Below, piece by piece: positions 11,710-18,859 of a DNA stretch of 43,295 nucleotides (the first letter of the stretch is position 1; every line of letters starts with the position of its first letter). Below the pieces are notes generated by a model. It was not told where the DNA came from, ran no database searches, and worked only from the letters and a program-made list of their open reading frames with translations. The translations under genes and the position numbers were made by a program. The stretch lies in the NCBI GenBank assembly GCA_937923745.1, contig CALDUO010000171.1:1-43295 (forward strand). Direction: 5' to 3'. Source of the stretch: an uncultured Granulosicoccaceae bacterium (GTDB lineage: Bacteria > Pseudomonadota > Gammaproteobacteria > Granulosicoccales > Granulosicoccaceae).

Positions 11710-12573
11710 ATGCAAAACAGCACGACGAGTATCGGCACACTCATCAATGTCGAGTCGCTGTCATCGCTGGTGATGACAGGCGACGTCGTCGTGCTCGATT
11801 GCCGGTTTTCGCTTACCGATACCTCAGAAGGCAACAGGCTCTATCTGCAATCTCATATTCCGGGCGCGCATTACGCGCACCTTGACCATCACTTGTCATC
11901 ACCTATAGTGCCAGGCGAAACCGGCAGACACCCGCTACCCGATCCGCGCGCTTTTGTTCATCAGCTTCGACGCTGGGGCGTTAATCAGGGCATGAACGTG
12001 GTGGTGTATGACAATGCCGGGGGCGCAATCGCAGCACGTGCCTGGTGGTTATGTCAGTGGGTGGGGCATAACAACTGTTTTGTTCTCGATGGCGGCTTTA
12101 ACGCCTGGACCACCGCAGCATTACCTGTCTCAGCCGAAGTACCGGCGCCCGGACAAGGTAATGTGGTGCCACGCGAGCCAAACCTGACTACCGTCGATAC
12201 AACCGCAGTGACTCGCGGCAACAGGCTGCTGGTCGACGCACGCGATGCGCCCCGTTACCGTGGTGAACAGGAGCCAATCGATACCAAAGCCGGGCATATT
12301 CCGGGTGCACTCAATTTACCGTTTGCCAGCAACCTTGATGATCGGGGGCATTTTTTGCCAGCAGAGGAGCTTCGTAAAAAATTTGCCACACTCAATCCCG
12401 GTCACACCGACAGAGTTATCACTCATTATTGCGGTTCCGGTGTGACTGCAGCACACAATGTCCTTGCGATGCTGCATGCCGGTTACGACGCAACTGATCT
12501 CTATGCCGGCTCCTGGAGTGAATGGATTGTTGATGACAGCCGTGACATCAGCACCGGTGACGAGACACGCTAA
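11710..12573 (+). CDS. thiosulfate/3-mercaptopyruvate sulfurtransferase (tandem rhodanese domains)
   Basis: 287 aa; two rhodanese domains; catalytic Cys loop HYCGSGVTAAH in the second domain. Confidence 0.85.
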   Translation: MQNSTTSIGTLINVESLSSLVMTGDVVVLDCRFSLTDTSEGNRLYLQSHIPGAHYAHLDHHLSSPIVPGETGRHPLPDPRAFVHQLRRWGVNQGMNVVVYDNAGGAIAARAWWLCQWVGHNNCFVLDGGFNAWTTAALPVSAEVPAPGQGNVVPREPNLTTVDTTAVTRGNRLLVDARDAPRYRGEQEPIDTKAGHIPGALNLPFASNLDDRGHFLPAEELRKKFATLNPGHTDRVITHYCGSGVTAAHNVLAMLHAGYDATDLYAGSWSEWIVDDSRDISTGDETR

Positions 12574-12594
12574 AACACCACTGCGAGGCACATC

Positions 12595-13251
12595 ATGAAC
12601 CATGATGTTATCCAGCAACTGCTTAACGATGGTGAAGCCACCACACACTCTATTCCAAAAGACCAGCAATTGTTCGCACTTGGCGACCCGTGTGAGCATT
12701 ATGTGATTGTCAGCAACGGGACTGTTCGGGTTGAGCTGTTATCGCCCACCGGTCAGCAACTGCTGCTGTATCGCATCGAACCGGGCCAATCGTGCGTGAT
12801 GACAACATCGTGCCTGCTCGGCGACAGTCACTATTTTGCGCAGGCTATGACCGAAACTCCAGTTGAACTGGTGATGATGACACAAGCTATCTTTAAACAG
12901 CCTCTGACGTCGTCAGAGGCGTTTCGTAACTTTGTATTTAACGGTTTTCATGAACGGCTTACACATTTGATGAACCGTACCGCAGAGCTGGCGACACAGC
13001 CAATCGACCAACGGCTGGCAGCCGCGTTGCTCTCCTACACCGTCGCCCGCGGGTGCCTGGTCATTGAATTAACCCACCAACAACTTGCTGTCGATATAGG
13101 CTCTGCTCGCGAGGTGGTGAGTCGTCGACTGGCCACCTTCGAGCACAAAGGCATCATCAAAAGACAGCGCGGTACTATTGAAGTACTTTGCCCCATCAAA
13201 CTCCGAGCTTTTTTGTCACAAAACACCAACTGCGGTAACACTGTTGATTGA
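12595..13251 (+). CDS. Crp/Fnr family transcriptional regulator
   Basis: 218 aa; N-terminal cNMP-binding-like beta-barrel, C-terminal HTH (HQQLAVDIGSAREVVSRRLATFEHKGIIK); no N-terminal Cys cluster so not classical FNR. Confidence 0.8.
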   Translation: MNHDVIQQLLNDGEATTHSIPKDQQLFALGDPCEHYVIVSNGTVRVELLSPTGQQLLLYRIEPGQSCVMTTSCLLGDSHYFAQAMTETPVELVMMTQAIFKQPLTSSEAFRNFVFNGFHERLTHLMNRTAELATQPIDQRLAAALLSYTVARGCLVIELTHQQLAVDIGSAREVVSRRLATFEHKGIIKRQRGTIEVLCPIKLRAFLSQNTNCGNTVD

Positions 13252-13389
13252 AACCGTTACGTAAAAATCGATGCGCATCGGCAGAGTCATTACGACAAAA
13301 CAGCCAACGTGGGCAAGCGAGATATCTTGCCTGTTTATTTCAGGACTCAGAATAATTATTCAGCGAATCGATCGACACGTGTTATCGAC

Positions 13390-13425
13390 AAACTGCTGTG
13401 GTACCTTGAAAAACTGCTGTGTTAC
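13390..13425. promoter_or_regulatory. direct repeat AAACTGCTGTG(G/T)TAC x2 spaced 21 bp (candidate regulator binding site)
   Basis: Read directly: aaactgctgtggtac ... aaactgctgtgttac in the 400-bp spacer downstream of crp-like gene and upstream of the DUF2892 gene. Confidence 0.3.
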
Positions 13426-13560
13426 TGAGTATCTTGCGACCTTCGTTTAATATGATTGTGTCATAATATATAGCGCAAGTTCACTGTAAACAGGTTGGCC
13501 ATCAAAAGCACTCAGACATGCACACTTAACCTTGATAAAGGCAGTGTGAAAGAGCGACAA

Positions 13561-13577
13561 CGGTGACATTGTCACCG
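13561..13577. promoter_or_regulatory. perfect 8-1-8 palindrome CGGTGACA-T-TGTCACCG (candidate operator) 73 bp upstream of DUF2892 start
   Basis: Perfect inverted repeat seen in sequence. Confidence 0.4.
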
Positions 13578-13649
13578 ACAAACAGCTTATTGACTGCTAG
13601 TCTTCTGCTGCATCGACCATCACATAGACACCATCACAGGATTACCATA

Positions 13650-13865
13650 ATGGCTTTAGTTAAGAACGTGGGCTCTACCGATAAATTAATCCGATTGGTT
13701 GCTGGAGCAATACTAGCCGCATGGGGCATTCTCGGCGCAGGCCTAGCGTCAACAATCGGCATTCTTGCCGTTATCGTCGGTATTGTCTTTATCGCTACCG
13801 GTCTGCTGAACTTTTGCCCAATCTTTAAGATGTTGGGCATTAACTCAAATTCGTCCACCAGCTAA
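13650..13865 (+). CDS. DUF2892 (YgaP C-terminal-like) small membrane protein
   Basis: 71 aa from ATG 13650 (AGGA 8 nt upstream): MALVKNVGSTDKLIRLVAGAILAAWGILGAG...NFCPIFKMLGIN, matching the DUF2892 pattern often found with rhodanese proteins. The longer 13563 start in the ORF track is unlikely. Confidence 0.7.
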   Translation: MALVKNVGSTDKLIRLVAGAILAAWGILGAGLASTIGILAVIVGIVFIATGLLNFCPIFKMLGINSNSSTS

Positions 13866-13972
13866 ATCCCAACAACTTTCCATTTAAGCCCACAACACGC
13901 CGGTAGACAGACGCTCTGCCGGTATCTCTGTTTTGACTACATCAGTTAGCGGTTAGCAGTTAGCAGTTAGCA

Positions 13973-14665
13973 CTATTGTGCAGGCTGTAATGGACAGGCA
14001 AGGTAGACACCAAACTCAGCACCCACATCGCAACTCACACGGGCGTGCACACGACCCTGTCTGTCGAGAAAACATTGACTATCAGTCGCCGGAAAAATCC
14101 CTTCGTGCCAAACATTGGGATGAATATACAAGCCGCGTGACCCATCACACCAAAAGGCTACCACCCGGTCTGCCGTAAGATCATCGCCCGGTAGTGCCAG
14201 TGGCACGACAAACGGCGCGTTGGTTTGTGGAAAAAACAGTTGTCCGCCATCAGGGTGATAATTCATGTGCCAGAGCAACACGTGTTCTCGTGGCGCTGTC
14301 GCATAATCTGAACGGGCCGATTGTGGATCAACACTCCAACCCAGCACATAATGACCCGACACTGCCTCATTAGTACCAAACAGCACATCACCGCGCCACT
14401 CGCCTGTGAATATCCCTTCGACCCAACCGGCCTCATCACCAGTACCTGGATCCACGGATCGCCAACCCTGCGCTGGCCACTGAACGATTTCGATATCAAT
14501 ATCGTTCGGATTGTCTACCAAACAGCCATAACCTTTCACAGTGTCATCAGTCGCATGGACCAACGGTACTGGATGTAGTGGCAATGAGGGTTTGTCACTA
14601 GCCTCAAAAATGTACTCTGGTGCCGTGATCGTTTCTTCTGTGGTCATGATAGGGTTACGTTTCAC
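13973..14665 (-). CDS. ureidoglycolate lyase-like (cupin-type) protein, tentative
   Basis: 230 aa; resembles the ureidoglycolate lyase/hydrolase family but longer than E. coli AllA; call from memory only. Confidence 0.4.
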   Translation of the reverse strand: MKRNPIMTTEETITAPEYIFEASDKPSLPLHPVPLVHATDDTVKGYGCLVDNPNDIDIEIVQWPAQGWRSVDPGTGDEAGWVEGIFTGEWRGDVLFGTNEAVSGHYVLGWSVDPQSARSDYATAPREHVLLWHMNYHPDGGQLFFPQTNAPFVVPLALPGDDLTADRVVAFWCDGSRGLYIHPNVWHEGIFPATDSQCFLDRQGRVHARVSCDVGAEFGVYLACPLQPAQ

Positions 14666-14722
14666 TCGTTACACCACTGTTGACACTATTTTGCGACTAA
14701 TGAATGACACATTAAACACCCC

Positions 14723-15115
14723 TTATCGAACACACCAATAATGATCGGTATCATCGTGTCGATCAAAGCTGGGAATCCCCCATCCGGTATTGAGCCCAAA
14801 CGCAAAGCCTGACATGCTATTTCGGCTCCAATAATCGGTCTGGTCAATCCACTCTATATCACCACGCCGATAATACAGAGCAAAAAGCTCAACCAACGAT
14901 GGTAACTGCCAGTCATCGCCCAATGCCGCACAGATTTCCACACTACTTCGCCACGCGACCTCTCTCGACCTGCTCGGCTCATCAGTTGGAGATTGAGTGA
15001 CTTGTATGTCTTTTACATCAATCAAAAAAACCGAAATCAAAGCCAATACAGTCACTAGCGCGAGACAGATCGACACCAACAGAGTCAAACGCCATTTATT
15101 GTTTAATAGACTCAT
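14723..15115 (-). CDS. DUF1566 (Lcl C-terminal domain)-like protein with N-terminal signal/anchor
   Basis: 130 aa; N-terminal hydrophobic segment; motifs W(Q/R)LPSLVEL and YWS/HYW typical of DUF1566. Confidence 0.55.
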   Translation of the reverse strand: MSLLNNKWRLTLLVSICLALVTVLALISVFLIDVKDIQVTQSPTDEPSRSREVAWRSSVEICAALGDDWQLPSLVELFALYYRRGDIEWIDQTDYWSRNSMSGFAFGLNTGWGIPSFDRHDDTDHYWCVR

Positions 15116-15214
15116 AATCCTGCTCTCTCAGTCAATATTCATCTGACAACACAAGACGCACTGCAGTATTTTTAGATTTTCCGCCAATAAACAGAACAAT
15201 TTTGACCATAGCTG

Positions 15215-15242
15215 TTGACACAGCTTTTATTCTATTTATAAT
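15215..15242 (+). promoter_or_regulatory. near-consensus sigma70 promoter TTGACA-N16-TATAAT
   Basis: -35 TTGACA at 15215-15220, 16-nt spacer, -10 TATAAT at 15237-15242; no annotated gene immediately downstream. Confidence 0.55.
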
Positions 15243-15248
15243 CTCGCC

Positions 15249-15522
15249 CCCTCGAAAGCGTACACGCTGATCACCATTAAAACACAGTGTGGTTTGTCAA
15301 CTGTACGAAAAAAGAAGCCAATACAAAAAACTGAGCCATCATGAAAACACGTTTTATAAATACAAACAACGCAATGAACATCGACAGAAGCGGTAATCAC
15401 ACCTCACTTCTGTCATATGAGGTTGTGTACGCGTCTATTATTTTGTAGCTCAGTCTATTGCTGGCTACAGGGCCAGCTGACTTTAACGAGCCTCGGTTGG
15501 TCTACAACCGGGGCTTTTTTTT
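15249..15522 (+). ncRNA. candidate small RNA (or micro-protein mRNA) defined by orphan promoter and intrinsic terminator; about 270 nt
   Basis: Bounded by the promoter above and the terminator at 15490-15522. Internal hairpins (AGCGT-AC-ACGCT near +5; TGTAGC...GCTACA) and A-rich stretches. The only ATG ORF is 35 aa (15341-15448, MKTRFINTNNAMNIDRSGNHTSLLSYEVVYASIIL) with poor SD. Confidence 0.35.
15490..15522 (+). terminator. rho-independent terminator: 9-bp GC-rich stem (GCCTCGGTT/AACCGGGGC, one G-U) + 7-nt loop + T8
   Basis: gcctcggtt-ggtctac-aaccggggc-tttttttt read directly; orientation-specific for + strand. Confidence 0.75.
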
Positions 15523-15649
15523 GCCTCGCAACAAATGGATTGGTCACGCTTTTCTCAGCGGTGCAGGTTCTGCGTGCCTGCCTTGTGCCTTCGTGTGTCA
15601 TTGTCAGATATGCTCGATAGGTATACAGAGAATTGCTAAGCCATACCAT

Positions 15650-15722
15650 ACCGAGTTAGCTCAATTGGTAGAGCATCAGACTTTTAATCTGAGGGTTTTG
15701 GGTTCGAGTCCCATACTCGCGT
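15650..15722 (+). tRNA. tRNA-Lys(UUU)-like gene; D-arm, anticodon arm and T-arm canonical, but acceptor stem positions 1:72 (A/G) and 2:71 (C/C) do not pair - possibly a pseudogene or altered 3' end
   Basis: Manual fold: D-arm GCTC-AATTGGTA-GAGC, anticodon stem TCAGA/TCTGA with loop CTTTTAA, T-arm TTGGG-TTCGAGT-CCCAT, 3' acceptor ACTCGCG versus 5' ACCGAGT. No CCA encoded. Confidence 0.55.
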
Positions 15723-15757
15723 CTTCCTGTACCGGAAACGCCACGCCTTAATAGGCT

Positions 15758-15843
15758 CACTTGGTAATAAGTGGCTGGAAACAGCCAAGGGTTAAGGCCC
15801 CCGTACAACGTGTGAAGTTTGGGTTCAATTCCCGCCGAGACCA
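15758..15843 (+). other. structured tRNA-like remnant: two hairpins (CACTT-GGTAAT-AAGTG; TGGCTG-GAAA-CAGCCA tetraloop) followed by a T-arm/acceptor-like module TTTGGGTTCAATTCCCGCCGAGACCA
   Basis: Seen in sequence; T-arm-like segment shares TTTGGGTTC..TCCC with the upstream tRNA but no complete cloverleaf can be built. Confidence 0.25.
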
Positions 15844-16047
15844 AATACGACGTACAACGTTGCTGCTGTCTGTGTTTTTGTCGCAGTCCGCTGTCAACCG
15901 GATTTGCATGCCAGTCAGGCTCTAGTCTGGCAGCGAATACCGTGTCCACAGCGGGTTTGCACGTAAACCCACAGCAGCGGCGTGGGGCCTGATCGATTTT
16001 TGCAGACTTTTTCAGACAGGGGCAAAACCTTAAGTCTGCCTATCGCC

Positions 16048-16143
16048 TTTGTAATAGGTCGCCTTTGTTATAGGTCGCCTAAATAATAGGTCGTCTGAAT
16101 AATGGGCAGTCCGAACAACGGGCCACCTGAACAACAGGCAGTC
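16048..16143. repeat. 6 tandem 16-nt degenerate direct repeats (TTTGTAATAGGTCGCC -> TGAACAACAGGCAGTC), degenerating toward the slipin start codon
   Basis: Units read directly; array ends 32 nt before the ATG of the slipin gene (SD CAGGAGAG). Confidence 0.8.
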
Positions 16144-16175
16144 CCTTACAAAGGGATTAACAGCAGGAGAGTAAC

Positions 16176-17315
16176 ATGAAAATACGAACTGTCATTGCGC
16201 CTACCGAACGTGGGCTGATGATCAGAAACAAAGCCATCGTTGATATCCTTGAACCGGGTGTCTATTGGTCAGTACAACTGGCCAGTGTCTCAACGATTGA
16301 GGTCGTGTCAATCACCGATACCCGGTGTGATTACACAGACATTGTGACATTGACCACAACAAATCCGGCACTGGCTGACAGGCACTTTGTGGCTGCTGAT
16401 ATTGGCAGCACAGAAGTCGGCTTGGTCTTCGAGGACAACCGGCTGGTCGATATTTTGGCACCGGGCACTCGTGCGATGTACTGGAAGGGTTTGGCAGAGA
16501 CGCGTATTGACTGTATTGATACTACGATCGAAGCCAGAGTCGCGACCGATATTGCCCGCCAGATTGGCAGAACCGGTGCGCTTGCGCGTCGTGCCTCAAA
16601 CCTGAATGCGGTGTTAGGCATAGACGTCCAGGAAAAACAGGTTGGTTTTTTCTATGATGAAGGACGTTTGGTCGAGATGCTGGAGCCGGGGTATTACCTG
16701 TACTGGAAATTCAACCGCAAGTTCAGCGGCCGCATTATGGATGTCGGTATGACCATGGTCGAGGTGTCCGGGCAGGAAATACTCACCCGTGACCGCGTGA
16801 GCTTAAGGTTGAACCTCTCTGCACTGTACCGGATTGATGGTCCGGCGGAAGCCGAAGCGGCATTAACCAACGTGTCAGACTTTGTCTACCGCGAACTGCA
16901 GCTTGCATTACGACAAGCCGTTGGTACCAGAACGCTGGATCAATTACTGGCTGATAAAACCTCAATGGACGGCACCATTGCAGCTGAAGTTCAGGTCCGT
17001 TTACGTGCAGTCGGTATCGAGCTGATCAACGTCGGTGTTAAAGACGTGATTCTGCCTGGCGATATGAAGGAGATTCTGAACCGGGTTGTCGTTGCCGAGA
17101 AAACAGCACAGGCCAACAACATCAGACGACGTGAAGAGACTGCAGCAACACGTTCTCTTCTGAACACAGCGAAGCTGATGGCAGACAACCCCGTGTTGGT
17201 TCGGTTGAAAGAGTTGGAAGCACTTGAAAAAGTCACCGCCAATGTCGACAAAATCACCGTCTTCGGTGGTATGGACGGTGTGATGAAAGAGCTCGTCAGA
17301 ATTGATCAGAACTGA
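16176..17315 (+). CDS. slipin/SPFH (band-7, stomatin-like) family protein with triplicated N-terminal SPFH-start motif and no N-terminal membrane hairpin
   Basis: 379 aa; C-terminal half is canonical SPFH plus coiled-coil (ILTRDRVSLRLNLSALYRI...AEKTAQANNIRRREETAA). Three N-terminal copies of the vGlvFedgrLVdiLePG motif. No adjacent NfeD partner gene. Confidence 0.75.
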   Translation: MKIRTVIAPTERGLMIRNKAIVDILEPGVYWSVQLASVSTIEVVSITDTRCDYTDIVTLTTTNPALADRHFVAADIGSTEVGLVFEDNRLVDILAPGTRAMYWKGLAETRIDCIDTTIEARVATDIARQIGRTGALARRASNLNAVLGIDVQEKQVGFFYDEGRLVEMLEPGYYLYWKFNRKFSGRIMDVGMTMVEVSGQEILTRDRVSLRLNLSALYRIDGPAEAEAALTNVSDFVYRELQLALRQAVGTRTLDQLLADKTSMDGTIAAEVQVRLRAVGIELINVGVKDVILPGDMKEILNRVVVAEKTAQANNIRRREETAATRSLLNTAKLMADNPVLVRLKELEALEKVTANVDKITVFGGMDGVMKELVRIDQN

Positions 17316-17340
17316 TTTATCGACGACAACTTCTCTTGTG

Positions 17341-17554
17341 CTGGCTTCTGGACTGGCTTCTGTTGGGTTAAACCAAGACTGCGTGACAACACTCCCGGCT
17401 ATCTGGCCGGGAGACAGTAGCGACTCGCGCTCATTTTGAACCGATAATCACACCAGTGCCCGACAACGACCACCCACACCAGCGACCCACGTCGGCGACA
17501 CCGGTGGCTACACCTGGTGGCTATACTTGCTGACTATACCTGCTGACTATACGG
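17341..17554. repeat. two short degenerate tandem arrays in the slipin/dctM spacer: CTGGCTTCTGGA/CTGGCTTCTGTT (17341-17364) and 4 x 13 nt GGTGGCTACACCT-like (17503-17554)
   Basis: Read directly. Confidence 0.7.
17392..17413. terminator. hairpin CTCCCGGC-TATCTG-GCCGGGAG between convergent slipin and TRAP dctM-like genes (no T-run)
   Basis: Perfect 8-bp GC-rich stem read from sequence. Confidence 0.35.
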
Positions 17555-17563
17555 GGCGGCAAA

Positions 17564-18844
17564 CTAGCCTACCAAGTTTGGCAACGTCATAGAGATTGCC
17601 GGCACAAACGTGATTAGCATCAATGCTACAAATATCGCCAAATAAAACGGCCATATGGTCCGCACCGCCGTCTCCATCGGCAACTTACCCACTGCACAAC
17701 CCACAAACAGACATGACCCCACAGGTGGTGTACATAAACCCAACCCCAGATTTACCAGCAGGATCATACCGAACTGAATAGGATCAATACCCAGTTGCTG
17801 CGCCACGGGGAGGAAAATGGGTGTACAAATCAGAATCAGTGCGGCCATGTCCATGATCATGCCGAGGATCAGCAATACAACGTTGATCATCAGCAGAATC
17901 AGAATGGGATTTTCGGTTAAACCGGTTAACAGCGCAATTGTCTTGTCTGGTACCTGATAGAACGTCAGCATGTAAGCAAATGCACCAGCGCAGGCTATTA
18001 GTATCATGACCATTGATGTTGTGCGAACCGCTTGCAACACTGACAGCTTAAACTTTTCCCACGTCATGGCGCGATACACCACAATGGTCACAATAAATGC
18101 GTAAATAGCGCCGAAAGCACCTGACTCGGTTACGGTAAAAACGCCAGACAACACGCCACCTACAATAATGACCGCTGTAAATAACCCGGGCAATGCGCCT
18201 GCAAAGGCCAGCGCAAGACCATACATACCCGGAAATTTTTCTGCCTTGTAGCCCCGGCGCACCGCAACAATATAGGCCGCTAACGCAAGACACAGACACA
18301 TTAGAATACCGGGCACGACCCCGGCCAGAAATAACTTGGATATCGATATACTGCCACCGGCCGCAATCGCATAGATAATCATGTTGTGGCTTGGCGGAAT
18401 AATGATGCCAGCGATAGAGGAGGTTACCGTGACATTTACCGCATAGTCAGCGTCATACCCTTTTTCTTTCATCACTGGCACAAGGATGGAACCCAGTGCT
18501 GAGATATCAGCAACTGCAGAGCCAGAGATTCCGCCAAACAACATGGATGAAAAGACGTTAACTATACCCAACCCACCACGAACGGCACCAACCGCAGCAG
18601 AGGCAAGCTTCACCAACCTCACCGCAATACCACCATGAAACATCAGCTCGCCAGCAAAGATAAAGAACGGTATGGCCATTAACGAGAACACGTTAATGCC
18701 CGAGATGATTCGTTGAAAACCAATCATCAGCGGTAAACTTTCATAACCAAAGGCCGCAAGTGCAGCTATACCCAGTGAGAAAGCTACAGGCACACCGATG
18801 ATGACACAAAAGGCAAATAACCCCAGCAGTACAAAAAGCCCCAT
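17564..18844 (-). CDS. TRAP transporter large permease (DctM family)
   Basis: 426 aa polytopic membrane protein with typical DctM features; downstream of the DctQ- and DctP-like genes. Confidence 0.9.
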   Translation of the reverse strand: MGLFVLLGLFAFCVIIGVPVAFSLGIAALAAFGYESLPLMIGFQRIISGINVFSLMAIPFFIFAGELMFHGGIAVRLVKLASAAVGAVRGGLGIVNVFSSMLFGGISGSAVADISALGSILVPVMKEKGYDADYAVNVTVTSSIAGIIIPPSHNMIIYAIAAGGSISISKLFLAGVVPGILMCLCLALAAYIVAVRRGYKAEKFPGMYGLALAFAGALPGLFTAVIIVGGVLSGVFTVTESGAFGAIYAFIVTIVVYRAMTWEKFKLSVLQAVRTTSMVMILIACAGAFAYMLTFYQVPDKTIALLTGLTENPILILLMINVVLLILGMIMDMAALILICTPIFLPVAQQLGIDPIQFGMILLVNLGLGLCTPPVGSCLFVGCAVGKLPMETAVRTIWPFYLAIFVALMLITFVPAISMTLPNLVG

Positions 18845-18859
18845 GTGCGTGGTCTCTCG

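Noticed and set aside
13269-13280. 12-bp palindrome CGATGCGCATCG just after the crp-like stop
   Set aside because: No following T-run and very short, so it could be a restriction-site-like palindrome. Not convincingly a terminator or operator.
15417-15751. ORFs 15417..15620(+), 15458..15751(+), 15455..15649(-), 15656..15949(-)
   Set aside because: They cross a strong intrinsic terminator and/or the tRNA-like gene, so they are reading-frame noise in a non-coding region.
15758-15843. SRP (4.5S) RNA or tmRNA
   Set aside because: The CAGCCAAGG string superficially resembles SRP helix 8, but the symmetric internal loops and GGAA tetraloop context are absent. The 3' T-arm-like end does not have a tmRNA-type acceptor (GGCUCCACCA).
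16048-16143. CRISPR array?
   Set aside because: Repeats are only 16 nt and directly abutting with no spacers, and they degenerate progressively. No cas genes in window. This is a tandem mini-satellite, not CRISPR. The same applies to all other arrays listed.
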